Part shown: piece after piece, positions 10,294 to 20,791 of the stretch
Position numbering within the stretch: position 1 is the first letter of the stretch
Layout of the letters: each line of letters begins with the position of its first letter
DNA from: a virus
Virus record (IMG/VR): IMGVR_UViG_3300008952_001422
Span: 63,032 to 127,031 of that record
Length of the DNA: 64,000 bases
Direction: 5' to 3' (one strand)
Notes under the pieces: model-generated
Seen by the model: the letters and a program-made list of their open reading frames with translations, nothing else
Told to the model about the DNA's origin: nothing
Database searches by the model: none
Translations under genes and position numbers: made by a program

Positions 10294-10587
10294 ATGCCAG
10301 TAGTACCAAACGATTTAGAAAAATTTACAGTTCTATGGGAAGTTGATTACTATGATGCTGAAAAGAAATTCTTTGTACGAGAAGGAAATACTGCTGAAAG
10401 TTTAGATGATTTAATGGACGATTTAGGTGAGAACGCAGTCGACCATGAACCAGAAAATGAAACGCCAGTTGGATTAGGAAACTTCAACATCGAATGGATT
10501 AAAATTTTAGATAACAATGATAACGAAGTTTGGAGAGATAAAGATTACGACTTCACTGAATATGAAAGGGAAATAAATGAGCAGTAA
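10294..10587 (+). CDS. acidic hypothetical protein
   Basis: 97 aa ORF tightly packed in the operon. Confidence 0.6.
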   Translation: MPVVPNDLEKFTVLWEVDYYDAEKKFFVREGNTAESLDDLMDDLGENAVDHEPENETPVGLGNFNIEWIKILDNNDNEVWRDKDYDFTEYEREINEQ

Positions 10588-10861
10588 GATGAAAACATTT
10601 ACGTTTGAAACGTTAGATGGTGCAGAAATAGAATCAAAAGAATACAAAGGATTAAAACAAGCATTGTTTGATGTACAAAAACAAATTAAAGGCAATAAGG
10701 TTCGTGTCCAATATAAAAATAAGAAAGGCAATGCAATTGACCGATGGGCAAAGATTCCTATTGGCAGAAAAAAGAGAGGGTTTCAAATACCTAAACCTTA
10801 TATGACTAAAGCAATGCTGAGGAAACTAGAAAAACAACCAAAACAAGGAGTATATAGATGA
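10577..10861 (+). CDS. basic hypothetical protein
   Basis: 94 aa ORF overlapping its neighbours. Confidence 0.6.
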   Translation: MSSKMKTFTFETLDGAEIESKEYKGLKQALFDVQKQIKGNKVRVQYKNKKGNAIDRWAKIPIGRKKRGFQIPKPYMTKAMLRKLEKQPKQGVYR

Positions 10862-11325
10862 GCAATCCACTAAATCCATCTAATTGGTTTAGCACACCAG
10901 AAGAAAAAGAAAGAGCAATTGCTAGACGAATTGTTGACGAAAAAGAACGTGACATTGCACTTGAAAAGATTAACTTCAAGTATGGTCATATAGACCAACA
11001 TAAACACGACAAAAACATGGCAACATTAGAAGGCAAAGAATATGTCAGAGTTGTTGGCATGGAATTAGATAAAGATAAACCAGGACAAGGTTTCTTTGAA
11101 TTAGATTTCAATGATAACTTTGTAGAATATCTTGCACAGAATGGTTACGAAGGCATAGAACAAGACCAAATCGTTGATAACTGGTTTAATGATTTATGTA
11201 AGAACATTGTGTTGAATGATTTAGAAGACGAAGAAGGTGTCAGAAGAAGTGTAATGACTGATAGCAAAGAAGGTCTAATCATCAGCAAGGTTAAAACAGA
11301 CAAGAACACTTCTGAGTATTCCTAA
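10858..11325 (+). CDS. phage hypothetical protein
   Basis: 155 aa, GFFELDFND...DNWF; ATGA overlap. Confidence 0.65.
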   Translation: MSNPLNPSNWFSTPEEKERAIARRIVDEKERDIALEKINFKYGHIDQHKHDKNMATLEGKEYVRVVGMELDKDKPGQGFFELDFNDNFVEYLAQNGYEGIEQDQIVDNWFNDLCKNIVLNDLEDEEGVRRSVMTDSKEGLIISKVKTDKNTSEYS

Positions 11326-11326
11326 T

Positions 11327-12328
11327 ATGTCTACATTCATTCTAGTAGATTCATTCAATATGTATCATCGAGCAAAGCACGTAGCAATGCGTGGTGCGAA
11401 TGTTGATATGAAAATTGGTATGGCATATCATATAATGCTTAGTAGTGTTAAACTATGTTATAACAAATTCAAGGCAGACCATGCCGTATTCTGTTTAGAA
11501 GGTCGTAGTTGGCGTAGAGATTTTTATGAGCCATACAAAAAGAATAGACATGTTGCTCAAATGGCTAAGACTGTCAAAGAAAAAGAAGAAGATGAAATTA
11601 TGTTTCAATCATATGATGATATGATTACATTCTTAGATGAGAAAACAAATGTAACATTGTTACATAATCCCGAAGCCGAAGCAGATGATATGATTGCTAT
11701 ATTCATCGAGGCACATCCAAATGATAATCACATTATTGTATCAAGTGATAGTGATTATCTACAATTAATTTCAGATAATGTAACTATGTATGACGGAGTA
11801 CAAAATCGTATTATTACTAAAGATGGTTTCTTTAAAGATGATAAGAATATGACTCCTATAAAAGAAAAGAAAACTGACGAGATTAAAGAAGCACCAAATC
11901 CAGAGTGGTTGTTGTTTGAGAAATGTATTCGTGGTGACACATCAGATAATATCTTTTCAGCATATCCTGGTTGTCGTAAGAAAGGCACTAAGAATAAAGT
12001 AGGTATGTTAGAAGCATTTGCTGATAAAGAAAATGGTGGATTTAATTGGAATAATTTTATGCTCCAGGTATGGACTGACCATAATGGTGAAGAGCATACT
12101 GTCCGTGATGATTTTGAACGTAACGTAAAACTAATAGATTTGACTGCTCAACCTATGGATTTAAAAGTTAAGTTTGTAGAAACAATCGCAGAGAATAGTA
12201 TACCAAAAAGTAAAACTGGTGTTGGTATGAACTTCTTAAAGTTTTGTGGCACACACGATTTACAAAATCTTGCTAAGTCACCTGATGAACTTGCATCAAT
12301 TCTTAATCAACCGTATCCTGTTCAATGA
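11327..12328 (+). CDS. 5'-3' exonuclease / T4 RNase H-like flap nuclease
   Basis: LVDSFN, SWRRDFYEPYKKNR, EADD, SSDSDYLQL, GDTSDNI. Confidence 0.9.
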   Translation: MSTFILVDSFNMYHRAKHVAMRGANVDMKIGMAYHIMLSSVKLCYNKFKADHAVFCLEGRSWRRDFYEPYKKNRHVAQMAKTVKEKEEDEIMFQSYDDMITFLDEKTNVTLLHNPEAEADDMIAIFIEAHPNDNHIIVSSDSDYLQLISDNVTMYDGVQNRIITKDGFFKDDKNMTPIKEKKTDEIKEAPNPEWLLFEKCIRGDTSDNIFSAYPGCRKKGTKNKVGMLEAFADKENGGFNWNNFMLQVWTDHNGEEHTVRDDFERNVKLIDLTAQPMDLKVKFVETIAENSIPKSKTGVGMNFLKFCGTHDLQNLAKSPDELASILNQPYPVQ

Positions 12329-12424
12329 GAAAGAGAAAGACGACTTCATTACTTGAATCGTTATTAGTATTTGCAGTTATAACATTCGTTTATGGAATGA
12401 TTATACTGTTTTGGAATTAAATAA

Positions 12425-13171
12425 ATGAATTGTTACATATTCGATGTAGATGGTACACTTACTCCAAGTAGAGATGAAATCAATAAGGATTTTCTAAAGT
12501 GGTTTTTGGAGTTTGTTAAATGGCATCCAGTGTACCTAGTTACAGGAAGCGATAGAACTAAAACAGAAGAACAAATTGGTGAAGAACTATTTAAAAAAGT
12601 AAACTGTGTATATAATTGTTCAGGAAACACAAAACACAAAAAGGGTGTTTGTGTATTCAATACTAAAGATTTCAAATTAGAAGACAAACCACAAAAGTTC
12701 TTAGAAAGAAAATTACGTAATAGTGATTTTGATATTAAAACTGGATTTCATTTTGATTCTAGACCAGGATTATTGAACTTTAGTATTGTTGGCAGAAATG
12801 CCTCGAAGACTGAAAGAAAAAAGTATGTTAAGTATGACACATCAACTAATGAACGAGAGTTAATTTCTAACAAATTCAATAAACTGTTTTCTAAGAAATT
12901 TGGTATTGTGTCGCAAATAGCAGGTGAAACTGGATTAGATATTATAAAGATAGGAACGGATAAGGCACAAATATTAAAAGATTTCACATTCCAAGATGAA
13001 CTGATATTCTTCGGTGACAATATACAACCTGGTGGCAATGATTATGGAATTGCACAAGTAATTGAATATGGTCCCTATGACCGTACTGAGGTTCATCATG
13101 TAAAGAATTGGAAAGAAACATGGAAGATACTTAAAAAATATGATATACACGAAAGAAATAGTAAAAGATAA
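12425..13171 (+). CDS. HAD-IIB hydrolase, phosphomannomutase-like
   Basis: FDVDGTLT, VTGSD, NFSIVGRN, FFGD...GGNDY. Confidence 0.85.
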   Translation: MNCYIFDVDGTLTPSRDEINKDFLKWFLEFVKWHPVYLVTGSDRTKTEEQIGEELFKKVNCVYNCSGNTKHKKGVCVFNTKDFKLEDKPQKFLERKLRNSDFDIKTGFHFDSRPGLLNFSIVGRNASKTERKKYVKYDTSTNERELISNKFNKLFSKKFGIVSQIAGETGLDIIKIGTDKAQILKDFTFQDELIFFGDNIQPGGNDYGIAQVIEYGPYDRTEVHHVKNWKETWKILKKYDIHERNSKR

Positions 13172-13679
13172 GTTTTGGATTTTAGAAAATTCAGGTATTA
13201 AAATAGGAACATTACGTTTTTGTTCATCAGATGATTTTGTAGTCAATGTAACGAATACAGATATATCTAAGGGTATTAATAACGAACACGTTACATATTC
13301 AGAACTCATACAATGTTTTGGTGAGAAGATATTAGAATCAAAAGAAAGTCCTGTAGTTGTTGAAGAAAACAAAGTTGGACCTCGTGGTGGATGGAATACT
13401 TCTATGACTGAAATTGATGGTTATGCATCTAAACATATAGTACATAATGTAGAAACAATAGAGTTAAAAGGAAAACAAATTCCAACCTATACTAAAACTG
13501 AAACAAGTAAAGTAAGATATGTTGCTGGATATTATGGAGTAAGATTTCCAAGTGACTGGAGATGGTTTTATGGTGGCAAACTTGATACATTAAAAGATTG
13601 CGATTTCATAGGACCTTATAGAACTAAATCAGAAATGCAATCAGAAACATTACTAGCGAACAAACGAGATGGATTATAA
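13140..13679 (+). CDS. phage hypothetical protein
   Basis: 179 aa; KFWILE...KIGTL, YTKT..SK..Y.AGYY. Confidence 0.65.
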   Translation: MIYTKEIVKDKFWILENSGIKIGTLRFCSSDDFVVNVTNTDISKGINNEHVTYSELIQCFGEKILESKESPVVVEENKVGPRGGWNTSMTEIDGYASKHIVHNVETIELKGKQIPTYTKTETSKVRYVAGYYGVRFPSDWRWFYGGKLDTLKDCDFIGPYRTKSEMQSETLLANKRDGL

Positions 13680-13863
13680 AAGTTTAAAAGATTTTCTAGT
13701 GGCAATCAAACGAGCAAATCTTAGAGGTGACCACAAGGTAACACTTCCTATGAAAGAAGCAATTGATATACAAAATGACATTGCTTTACTGTTATTAGAA
13801 CTAAAGAAACGTAATACTAACGTTGAAACCACTTTGGATGGTGGTGGCTTCAATGAGGAATAA
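13669..13863 (+). CDS. hypothetical protein
   Basis: 64 aa ending LDGGGF. Confidence 0.6.
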   Translation: MDYKSLKDFLVAIKRANLRGDHKVTLPMKEAIDIQNDIALLLLELKKRNTNVETTLDGGGFNEE

Positions 13864-13931
13864 CCATTATATACGTCTATTATTCTAATAATTAGATAAA
13901 TAAGAGTAGAACCAATAATAAGGATACTCTT

Positions 13932-14219
13932 ATGGCTAGACCAAAACCTACAATAATCTTGGAACACACCGATAATCAAACATATCGTAGTGAACAAGTA
14001 CTTAAAGCAACAGCAGTATATTCCGTTTTTTACAAAGGAGTAGCGATTAATCTTCGTAGCCTTAACTCATTGGTTAATTTTCCTGGTCCAAAATACAAAA
14101 AAGTATCATTCAGTAACCCTGGACATGCAATCAACCTAGCACAACGTTTAAATAAGTTGTTTAGATGTGACGATTTTGAAGTATTTGTGCTAACAAAGGG
14201 TGAAAAATTAGAGTTGTAA
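13932..14219 (+). CDS. phage hypothetical protein
   Basis: MARPKP...PGPKYKKVSFSNPGHA; GATAAATA upstream at ~13895. Confidence 0.65.
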   Translation: MARPKPTIILEHTDNQTYRSEQVLKATAVYSVFYKGVAINLRSLNSLVNFPGPKYKKVSFSNPGHAINLAQRLNKLFRCDDFEVFVLTKGEKLEL

Positions 14220-14220
14220 A

Positions 14221-14586
14221 GTGAACAAGATTGAGTTAATAACTTATATTAACGAAAATACAACTGGAAAAATAGCAGGCAGAAAAGAAATCACTCTAAG
14301 TGATATATTCATAAGTACTCTACCCAATCAATTCAGAGTTTCAGCACTGGGTCGAAATATTCTCAAAAAACATTTCAAAATATATAATATAGAGATAAAA
14401 TCAGAAATTGCTATAGGTACAGGTAATCAAATACTTGCACTTGATAAGTATCTAAAAACTCCCTATTATCTAAGAAAGTCTAAATTAGTCTTATTTGAAG
14501 AGGTTCCAGCCGCAGAATTGCTGATGATTGACGGTGATATAGACCTCTGGACCGAAAATAAGACATTTTTTAACCCAAAAACTTGA
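14221..14586 (+). CDS. hypothetical protein
   Basis: 121 aa, GTG start, packed in the operon. Confidence 0.55.
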   Translation: MNKIELITYINENTTGKIAGRKEITLSDIFISTLPNQFRVSALGRNILKKHFKIYNIEIKSEIAIGTGNQILALDKYLKTPYYLRKSKLVLFEEVPAAELLMIDGDIDLWTENKTFFNPKT

Positions 14587-14610
14587 CAGATATCGAATAT
14601 ATGCTATAAT
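14583..14610 (+). promoter_or_regulatory. sigma70-type promoter
   Basis: TTGACA-16 nt-TATAAT with TG extension. Confidence 0.7.
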
Positions 14611-14641
14611 ACTTGTATATTCAATAAAAAGAGAGGTTATT

Positions 14642-15772
14642 ATGAATACTAAAGTATCAACAAACGATTTAGATGTAAGAGTTGTCAGACCTAGTGATGT
14701 TAGGGCTGAACTTAACTATGCATTTAACAGAAAACGACCTGTATTTATTTGGGGTCCTCCTGGTGTTGGTAAATCAGAAATTGTAGATAGTATCACACAA
14801 GAAAGGTCAGGTTTTATGATTGACCTTAGACTTGCTCTGATGGAACCAACTGACTTAAGAGGTATTCCTTATTTCAACGAAAAAAATGGTACAATGGAAT
14901 GGGCTACCCCTTCGGATTTACCTAGTCAAGAATTAGCAGACCAATATGAGTCCGTTATCTTATTTCTTGACGAAATGAACCAAGCACCGCAATCAGTCCA
15001 AGCGGCGGCTTATCAGTTAATTCTAAACAGACGATTAGGTTCGTATGTTTTACCAGACAACGTTTTAATCGTTGCGGCTGGAAACAGAGAGAGTGATAGA
15101 GGTGTTGCTTATAGAATGCCTTCACCACTTGCTAACAGATTTGTTCACTTAGAAATGGGTGTTGACTTTGAAGATTGGCAGACTTGGGCATTAGAGAATA
15201 AAATTCATTCTGATGTTGTAGGTTTCTTAACATCTAACAAGATGGACTTATTTAACTTTGACCCTAGAACGGCTTCAAGAGCCTTTGCTACTCCAAGAAG
15301 TTGGACTTTTGTTTCAGAAATGTTACCAAAAGAAGGCGAAGAAATCAGTGATAGCAGGTTACACGACCTAATTGCTGGTACAGTTGGTGACGGAGTTGCT
15401 ACCAAGTTCATGGCTCACAGAGCCATTTCTGGGAAGTTACCTGTTCCTGCTGATATTCTGAATGGTAAAGTTAAAACACTTTCTGTCGAGGCTAAAGAAA
15501 TTTCAGCAATGTTTTCATTAACAACTTCATTATGTTATGAGTTGAAAGACTTTGTTGACAGAAACGGTAAAAAGAAAATGGACGAGTTGTACAAAATGGC
15601 TGACAACTTCTTCAATTTTATGATGGAAAACTTCGATACTGAAATGACAGTATTGGGTGGAAGAACTGCTCTTAAAGTTTACAAGTTACCTCTAGAACCT
15701 AGAAAAGTACCTTGTATTGAGAAGTTCTTCAAAAAGCATGGGAAACTTATTATTGAGGCCCATAATGCATAA
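14642..15772 (+). CDS. MoxR-like AAA+ ATPase
   Basis: Walker A GPPGVGKS, Walker B LFLDE, AAGN, PLANRF, TPRSW. Confidence 0.9.
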   Translation: MNTKVSTNDLDVRVVRPSDVRAELNYAFNRKRPVFIWGPPGVGKSEIVDSITQERSGFMIDLRLALMEPTDLRGIPYFNEKNGTMEWATPSDLPSQELADQYESVILFLDEMNQAPQSVQAAAYQLILNRRLGSYVLPDNVLIVAAGNRESDRGVAYRMPSPLANRFVHLEMGVDFEDWQTWALENKIHSDVVGFLTSNKMDLFNFDPRTASRAFATPRSWTFVSEMLPKEGEEISDSRLHDLIAGTVGDGVATKFMAHRAISGKLPVPADILNGKVKTLSVEAKEISAMFSLTTSLCYELKDFVDRNGKKKMDELYKMADNFFNFMMENFDTEMTVLGGRTALKVYKLPLEPRKVPCIEKFFKKHGKLIIEAHNA

Positions 15773-15802
15773 ATCTCAATAATACATAGTAATAACCACT
15801 CG

Positions 15803-15847
15803 AAAAGAGGGATGTCTATTGACTTCCCTCTTTTTTTATGGTACAAT
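15803..15847 (+). promoter_or_regulatory. terminator hairpin overlapping a sigma70 promoter
   Basis: AAAAGAGGGA...TCCCTCTTTTTTT hairpin; TTGACT (15819)-17 nt-TACAAT (15842) with TG. Confidence 0.65.
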
Positions 15848-15853
15848 GATACT

Positions 15854-17233
15854 ATGATATTTGATACCATAAAGCAGATGGCTCGGGACCACGGGTCAAA
15901 GACGGCTCTTGTCTGCAAGGATAAGCAATATACCTATTCTGAACTTATAAAAAGTGTAGAAAAACTGTCTGCCATTTTATCAACTGCTATAAAACCTGGT
16001 GAAAAAGTTCTGTTTGCAAGTGAAAAAGAATATCACTATGTGAGAATGGTACTTGCTTGTGATATCTTAGGTATAACATTCATTCCAACTCATCCTAATC
16101 TACCAGAAGATTACTTATTTGATATTGTCGAAGCCTGTAAACCAGACCATGTTATAATGAATGAGAAAGATGCATTAGAACTAAAACCCCACAATAAAGG
16201 TCTAGTGTATTCTAAAAACGAGAACTCTATCTATACGGTATTATTCACAAGTGGCACAAGTGGTACTCCATCTGCGGTTACTCACTCCGCCGCCGCCTGT
16301 ATGTTTGGATGTTTAAATAGTATTTCAATACACGATTTATCATCTGATGATGTAATATTATCACAACTTCCTCCATCAACGATTGCAGGACTATACTTAT
16401 ATGCACTCCCAGGATTACTTAAAGGTGCTACTGTAATTATTGAAAAGTTCGAACCAAGACGATATATAGAATTATGTAACAAATGGAAGCCTACTATCGG
16501 CACAATGGTACCAGCAATGATACTTGCTTTACAAAAAGTTCGTAAATGGAAAGATTATAGTATGTCACATTATCGACAGTTGAGTATTGGCAGTACCGCA
16601 ATTACTAATGAAGTAATTGACTTATTGTTTGATAAGGGAGTTCCACTTGTTAGACATCTTTATGGATGTACAGAAACACACGTACCTGCACTTACATATC
16701 TTATTGAACCCGATACTAAACACAAATTGCAACTGTCAGTATCACAATTTTATGAGCATAAATTAGATAGATTTGGTGTATTGTGGTTGAAAGGACCAAC
16801 AGTAACAAAACGATACTTGAATAGTGAAGCAACCGTTATTGATGCCGAAGGATATTGGTGTACTGGTGATGTATTTGAGAGAGAACATAACGAGTTAGTA
16901 TTTAAGACACGAGAGAAAGATTTGATTAACGTAAATAGTTTCAATGTGTCACCGGTAGCAGTAGAGAACGCCATCCTTGCTTGTGATGGAGTAGATGAAG
17001 TATGTGTTACATATAGAGAACGAGGTCTTGGAGAGAATGAATTAGTAGCCGTCATACGAAGTACTGATAAAAGAATGAATAAATACTACATAACAGAACA
17101 AATAAAGACAAAGTTAATGCACTACGAATTGCCTAAAGATATCATTATTGTGACAGAAGATTTGCCACGAAATGCAATGGGTAAAATTAAAAGACACACA
17201 GTAAAGAAGACATTTTGTGAGAAGGAGGATTAA
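15854..17233 (+). CDS. ANL-superfamily adenylating enzyme (acyl-CoA/acyl-AMP ligase)
   Basis: LFTSGTSGTP, YGCTE, TGD, LPRNAMGKI; ATG at 15854 lies after the promoter. Confidence 0.9.
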   Translation: MIFDTIKQMARDHGSKTALVCKDKQYTYSELIKSVEKLSAILSTAIKPGEKVLFASEKEYHYVRMVLACDILGITFIPTHPNLPEDYLFDIVEACKPDHVIMNEKDALELKPHNKGLVYSKNENSIYTVLFTSGTSGTPSAVTHSAAACMFGCLNSISIHDLSSDDVILSQLPPSTIAGLYLYALPGLLKGATVIIEKFEPRRYIELCNKWKPTIGTMVPAMILALQKVRKWKDYSMSHYRQLSIGSTAITNEVIDLLFDKGVPLVRHLYGCTETHVPALTYLIEPDTKHKLQLSVSQFYEHKLDRFGVLWLKGPTVTKRYLNSEATVIDAEGYWCTGDVFEREHNELVFKTREKDLINVNSFNVSPVAVENAILACDGVDEVCVTYRERGLGENELVAVIRSTDKRMNKYYITEQIKTKLMHYELPKDIIIVTEDLPRNAMGKIKRHTVKKTFCEKED

Positions 17234-18979
17234 ATGAAATCTAAAGTTAAAAGTATTGTCGTAGTTGGTGGCGGTGTAGGTGGCTGGTTCTCAGCGGCTT
17301 GGATGGCAGTGAAACATCCTAATATCAAAGTAACCCTTATTGAAAGTGATAAAGTTGGAATTATAGGAGTAGGCGAAAGTACGTTGCCTCAACTGGGTAC
17401 AATGATGAAAGAGATTGGATTAGAAGAAAGAGATTGGATGACCCACACAAATTCTATTTACAAACTAGGTAATAAATTTGTTGGTTGGAACATCGAAGGC
17501 AAACGTGACCATGCAACTAATCATTTTTGGTGTTCACGATGGGACGAACAATATTATGGTTTCTCTTATGCACTACCTGAAAAGAAAATTACATCAGGTC
17601 TATATCATCCATTAGAAAAGGAAGACCTATTTAGAAATTCTAAAGGGCAACCTGGCGTTGATGATAAATGGAACGATTATTGGTTACAGTTATTACGTGA
17701 CGGTCGTAAGAACCAGTGGGAAATGGCACAAGATATGCAAGAAGGAACATATCTTATGGATTATAATAAGGCGCCGTATGATTGGGATGATAATTTATTA
17801 GTTGGCACTTGGCAAGGTGTTACATATCATGTTGATGCAAATAGATTTCCAGAAATAATCAGAGAAAAGGTTGCAATTCCTCACGGTGTTAATCACATAC
17901 ATGGTCATATCAATGATATTAAGAAAGACGATGATGGTTATATTACCTCAGTTGTTACCGAAGAAGGTGAAGAGTTTGAGGCTGATTTATTCCTTGATTG
18001 TACTGGTTTCGCCCGAGTACTAACAAAAACAATGAATGTAGAATGGATACCGATGCCAGAAATAACAACTACAAGTTTAGTTGTTGCACCAATAAAATAC
18101 AAGGATGTAAAAAAAGAATTTCGTCCATACACTATGAGTAATGCAATGGATGAGGGATGGTTATTTGTTATACCATTGTATAATCGAATGGGCTCTGGAT
18201 ACGTATATGATAGTAGCGAGATATCTAAAGAAGATGCAATGAAGAAATATAAAAAGTATTGGGAAGGTTACGAATTTATCCAAGAACCACAACATATGTC
18301 CTGGGATGCAGGAAAGTATAAAACTCAATGGAATAAAAATCTTGTATCAATTGGCATGTGTGGTTCTATGATTGAACCGATGGAAGCAAACATTCTTGGC
18401 ATTGCTCAAGCAGGATTTCAATTATGTAGTAATTTAATTTCTCGTGCAGAGGAAAAAGACGAAGTTATTGGTAGAGGTTCACTCCACGCATACAACAGGA
18501 ACATAGATTGGTTAGTTGAAACAATTAAACGATTTATTTTATTTCATTATACATTAACTGAAAGAGAAGATACTCCATTCTGGAAGAAAATGAAACAAAT
18601 GGGTATTGACGAAAAACATAAAGAAGCATGTTGGAGAGAATATAGGATACCTGCCAACAATGCTGAATCAGGAGTTCCAGATTTTATGTGGGCGATGATG
18701 GCGGTTGCTATGAATAAGTTCGATGATGATATTAAACTAAACACAAAACCACATCTAATGGAACAAGCAAATGAAAAATTCTCTTGGCTTCGAACATCAA
18801 GCAAACGAAATGGTGTGAATGCACCAAATGCCTATGAGTGGCATAAGAAGGTACTCTTTAGCAACAAGACACATGATGAAGTCCTTCAGGAGAATCTTAA
18901 AAAATATTCAAAGATTGTTAAAACTAAGGGAAAGGTAAAGTCATCCTCCAGCGGAACAATTACCTCACCTGGAAATTAA
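17234..18979 (+). CDS. tryptophan-halogenase-like flavin-dependent enzyme
   Basis: VVVGGGVGG, IGVGEST, YKLGNKFVGW (catalytic-Lys region), DCTGF, GWLFVIP, IEPMEA. Confidence 0.85.
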   Translation: MKSKVKSIVVVGGGVGGWFSAAWMAVKHPNIKVTLIESDKVGIIGVGESTLPQLGTMMKEIGLEERDWMTHTNSIYKLGNKFVGWNIEGKRDHATNHFWCSRWDEQYYGFSYALPEKKITSGLYHPLEKEDLFRNSKGQPGVDDKWNDYWLQLLRDGRKNQWEMAQDMQEGTYLMDYNKAPYDWDDNLLVGTWQGVTYHVDANRFPEIIREKVAIPHGVNHIHGHINDIKKDDDGYITSVVTEEGEEFEADLFLDCTGFARVLTKTMNVEWIPMPEITTTSLVVAPIKYKDVKKEFRPYTMSNAMDEGWLFVIPLYNRMGSGYVYDSSEISKEDAMKKYKKYWEGYEFIQEPQHMSWDAGKYKTQWNKNLVSIGMCGSMIEPMEANILGIAQAGFQLCSNLISRAEEKDEVIGRGSLHAYNRNIDWLVETIKRFILFHYTLTEREDTPFWKKMKQMGIDEKHKEACWREYRIPANNAESGVPDFMWAMMAVAMNKFDDDIKLNTKPHLMEQANEKFSWLRTSSKRNGVNAPNAYEWHKKVLFSNKTHDEVLQENLKKYSKIVKTKGKVKSSSSGTITSPGN

Positions 18980-19596
18980 TGAACGTTTTAGAAACCTGGA
19001 TAGGTGCTGACAATTTAGAATTCAAGTTAGTTGAATATACTCCTAGCATACTGGGTGATGTTCAGGCATTTTGTGAAGCCTGTGCGGCAGAAGGTATTGA
19101 AAATAACTCCAGTTTACAAGAAATGAAGTTTGGTAAATGGGGTGACTTAGAACAATGGCACATGGTATATCATGGTGATAAAATTATTAGCATAAGTGGG
19201 TCGCATTATTATCCACATTTTCATAAAGATTGTTATAGAATAATGTATCGAATGGCTACATTGAAAGCATATCGTGGGATGGCAAGTGAGAAGATATCCC
19301 TTAGAAAAATGCAACACAACTTTTGCTTTAGAGCAATTATGCCAGCACAAGTTGATTGGTGTTTAACAAAAGGAGCAACTGAAATTATCGCAACTACTAA
19401 TTCGCCAGATAATATCGATTATGGTGGGACGATGCATAAGGTTCATAATCACGGACGTAGACGCAGACCAAATACTAAATCTGATAATATGACATTAATT
19501 CAGAAAGATGCTGATGTTTACAATACAAAACAAGATATTTGGAGAGTAAATGTTAGAGATTTTGCAACAGGTAAAAAGATTAAATTTAAGAAATGA
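18979..19596 (+). CDS. GNAT-fold acyltransferase-like protein
   Basis: W..VYHGDKIISISG strand pair and RMATLKAYRG resembling GNAT motif A. Confidence 0.45.
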   Translation: MNVLETWIGADNLEFKLVEYTPSILGDVQAFCEACAAEGIENNSSLQEMKFGKWGDLEQWHMVYHGDKIISISGSHYYPHFHKDCYRIMYRMATLKAYRGMASEKISLRKMQHNFCFRAIMPAQVDWCLTKGATEIIATTNSPDNIDYGGTMHKVHNHGRRRRPNTKSDNMTLIQKDADVYNTKQDIWRVNVRDFATGKKIKFKK

Positions 19597-20744
19597 CAGT
19601 ATATATTAACGCAATCAGTGGATTAACTCCCTTTGGTAATTTAGACCAAACATGGAAAGGCATAACAGATAATAAAGTATGTTATAGTGAACTAAGAAAG
19701 TTTCCATGGGACAAATATACTAGGTCTAAAGTTGCAGGTGAAGTGAAATTTAATGCCGAAGATTATTCTAGTATATCTGAAAGAGACCGTGAGAAGATGC
19801 CAGAGTATATGCAATGGGCATTAGCATCAGCACAGGAACTATTAGATGGTAAAGAGTTAAACAAAGAAAGAACTGGTGTAATGGTTTCATCAGCATTAAG
19901 TATGCACCTTGAGACTTTAAGGGCTAATGAAAAAGATGCAGGTAACACTTTCACTTTTACACCAAACATGATATCTAATAATATTAACATTCAATATGGA
20001 TTTACTGGTCCTAGTACTATGACTTCTAGTGCCTGTTCTACAGGAATGTATAGTGTTATTATTGGATGTATGTTAATAGAAACTGGACAAGCAGATAATA
20101 TAATTGCTGGTGCATTTGATGATTCCGTATCACCAGATTCCTATAAACAGTTCGGAAAACTTAGGGCATTATCTACAAAATTCAATAATACTCCAGAAAA
20201 GGCATCTCGACCTTGGGACACAAAACGTGATGGATTGGTACTTAGTGAGGGTGGAGCAATGTTCTTATTATCTAATGAGAAGACATCAGAGACATTGGCA
20301 GAGATATCTGGTTACTCCATGAACAATGATGCTTATCAAGTCGTGGCACCTCATCCTGAGGGGATTATGATAGAGAAATGCATGAAAGATACGTTAAATG
20401 GACGTATTCCAGACTTAATTAATGCTCATGCCACATCTACTCCTATGGGCGATTATATTGAAATAGACGCACTTAATCGGCTTGGACTACAAGATGTATG
20501 GGTAACTGCAAATAAGTCGCAAATAGGGCATCTCATGGGGGCGGCCGGGGCTATGGAGTTGGCTTTAAGTGTACTATCATTGAAACATGGTGCAATAACT
20601 CCGTCATTAAATATAGATTACTTAGAAGATGGCTACAACATAAAGTATACTCCAACCACCAAGAACTATATGGTAGATTCAGTTCTATGTAATAGTTTCG
20701 GATTTGGTGGTGCAAATGCAAGTATTTTACTGTCTAAAACTTGA
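19593..20744 (+). CDS. fabF: beta-ketoacyl-ACP synthase (FabF-like)
   Basis: SACSTG catalytic Cys, INAHATST and KSQIGHLMGAAG His pair, NSFGFGG. Confidence 0.9.
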   Translation: MTVYINAISGLTPFGNLDQTWKGITDNKVCYSELRKFPWDKYTRSKVAGEVKFNAEDYSSISERDREKMPEYMQWALASAQELLDGKELNKERTGVMVSSALSMHLETLRANEKDAGNTFTFTPNMISNNINIQYGFTGPSTMTSSACSTGMYSVIIGCMLIETGQADNIIAGAFDDSVSPDSYKQFGKLRALSTKFNNTPEKASRPWDTKRDGLVLSEGGAMFLLSNEKTSETLAEISGYSMNNDAYQVVAPHPEGIMIEKCMKDTLNGRIPDLINAHATSTPMGDYIEIDALNRLGLQDVWVTANKSQIGHLMGAAGAMELALSVLSLKHGAITPSLNIDYLEDGYNIKYTPTTKNYMVDSVLCNSFGFGGANASILLSKT

Positions 20745-20768
20745 CAGGATTAACATTTGTGTTATAAT
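20741..20768 (+). promoter_or_regulatory. sigma70-type promoter
   Basis: TTGACA-16 nt-TATAAT. Confidence 0.65.
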
Positions 20769-20791
20769 TATATCATAATTCAATAAAAGTA

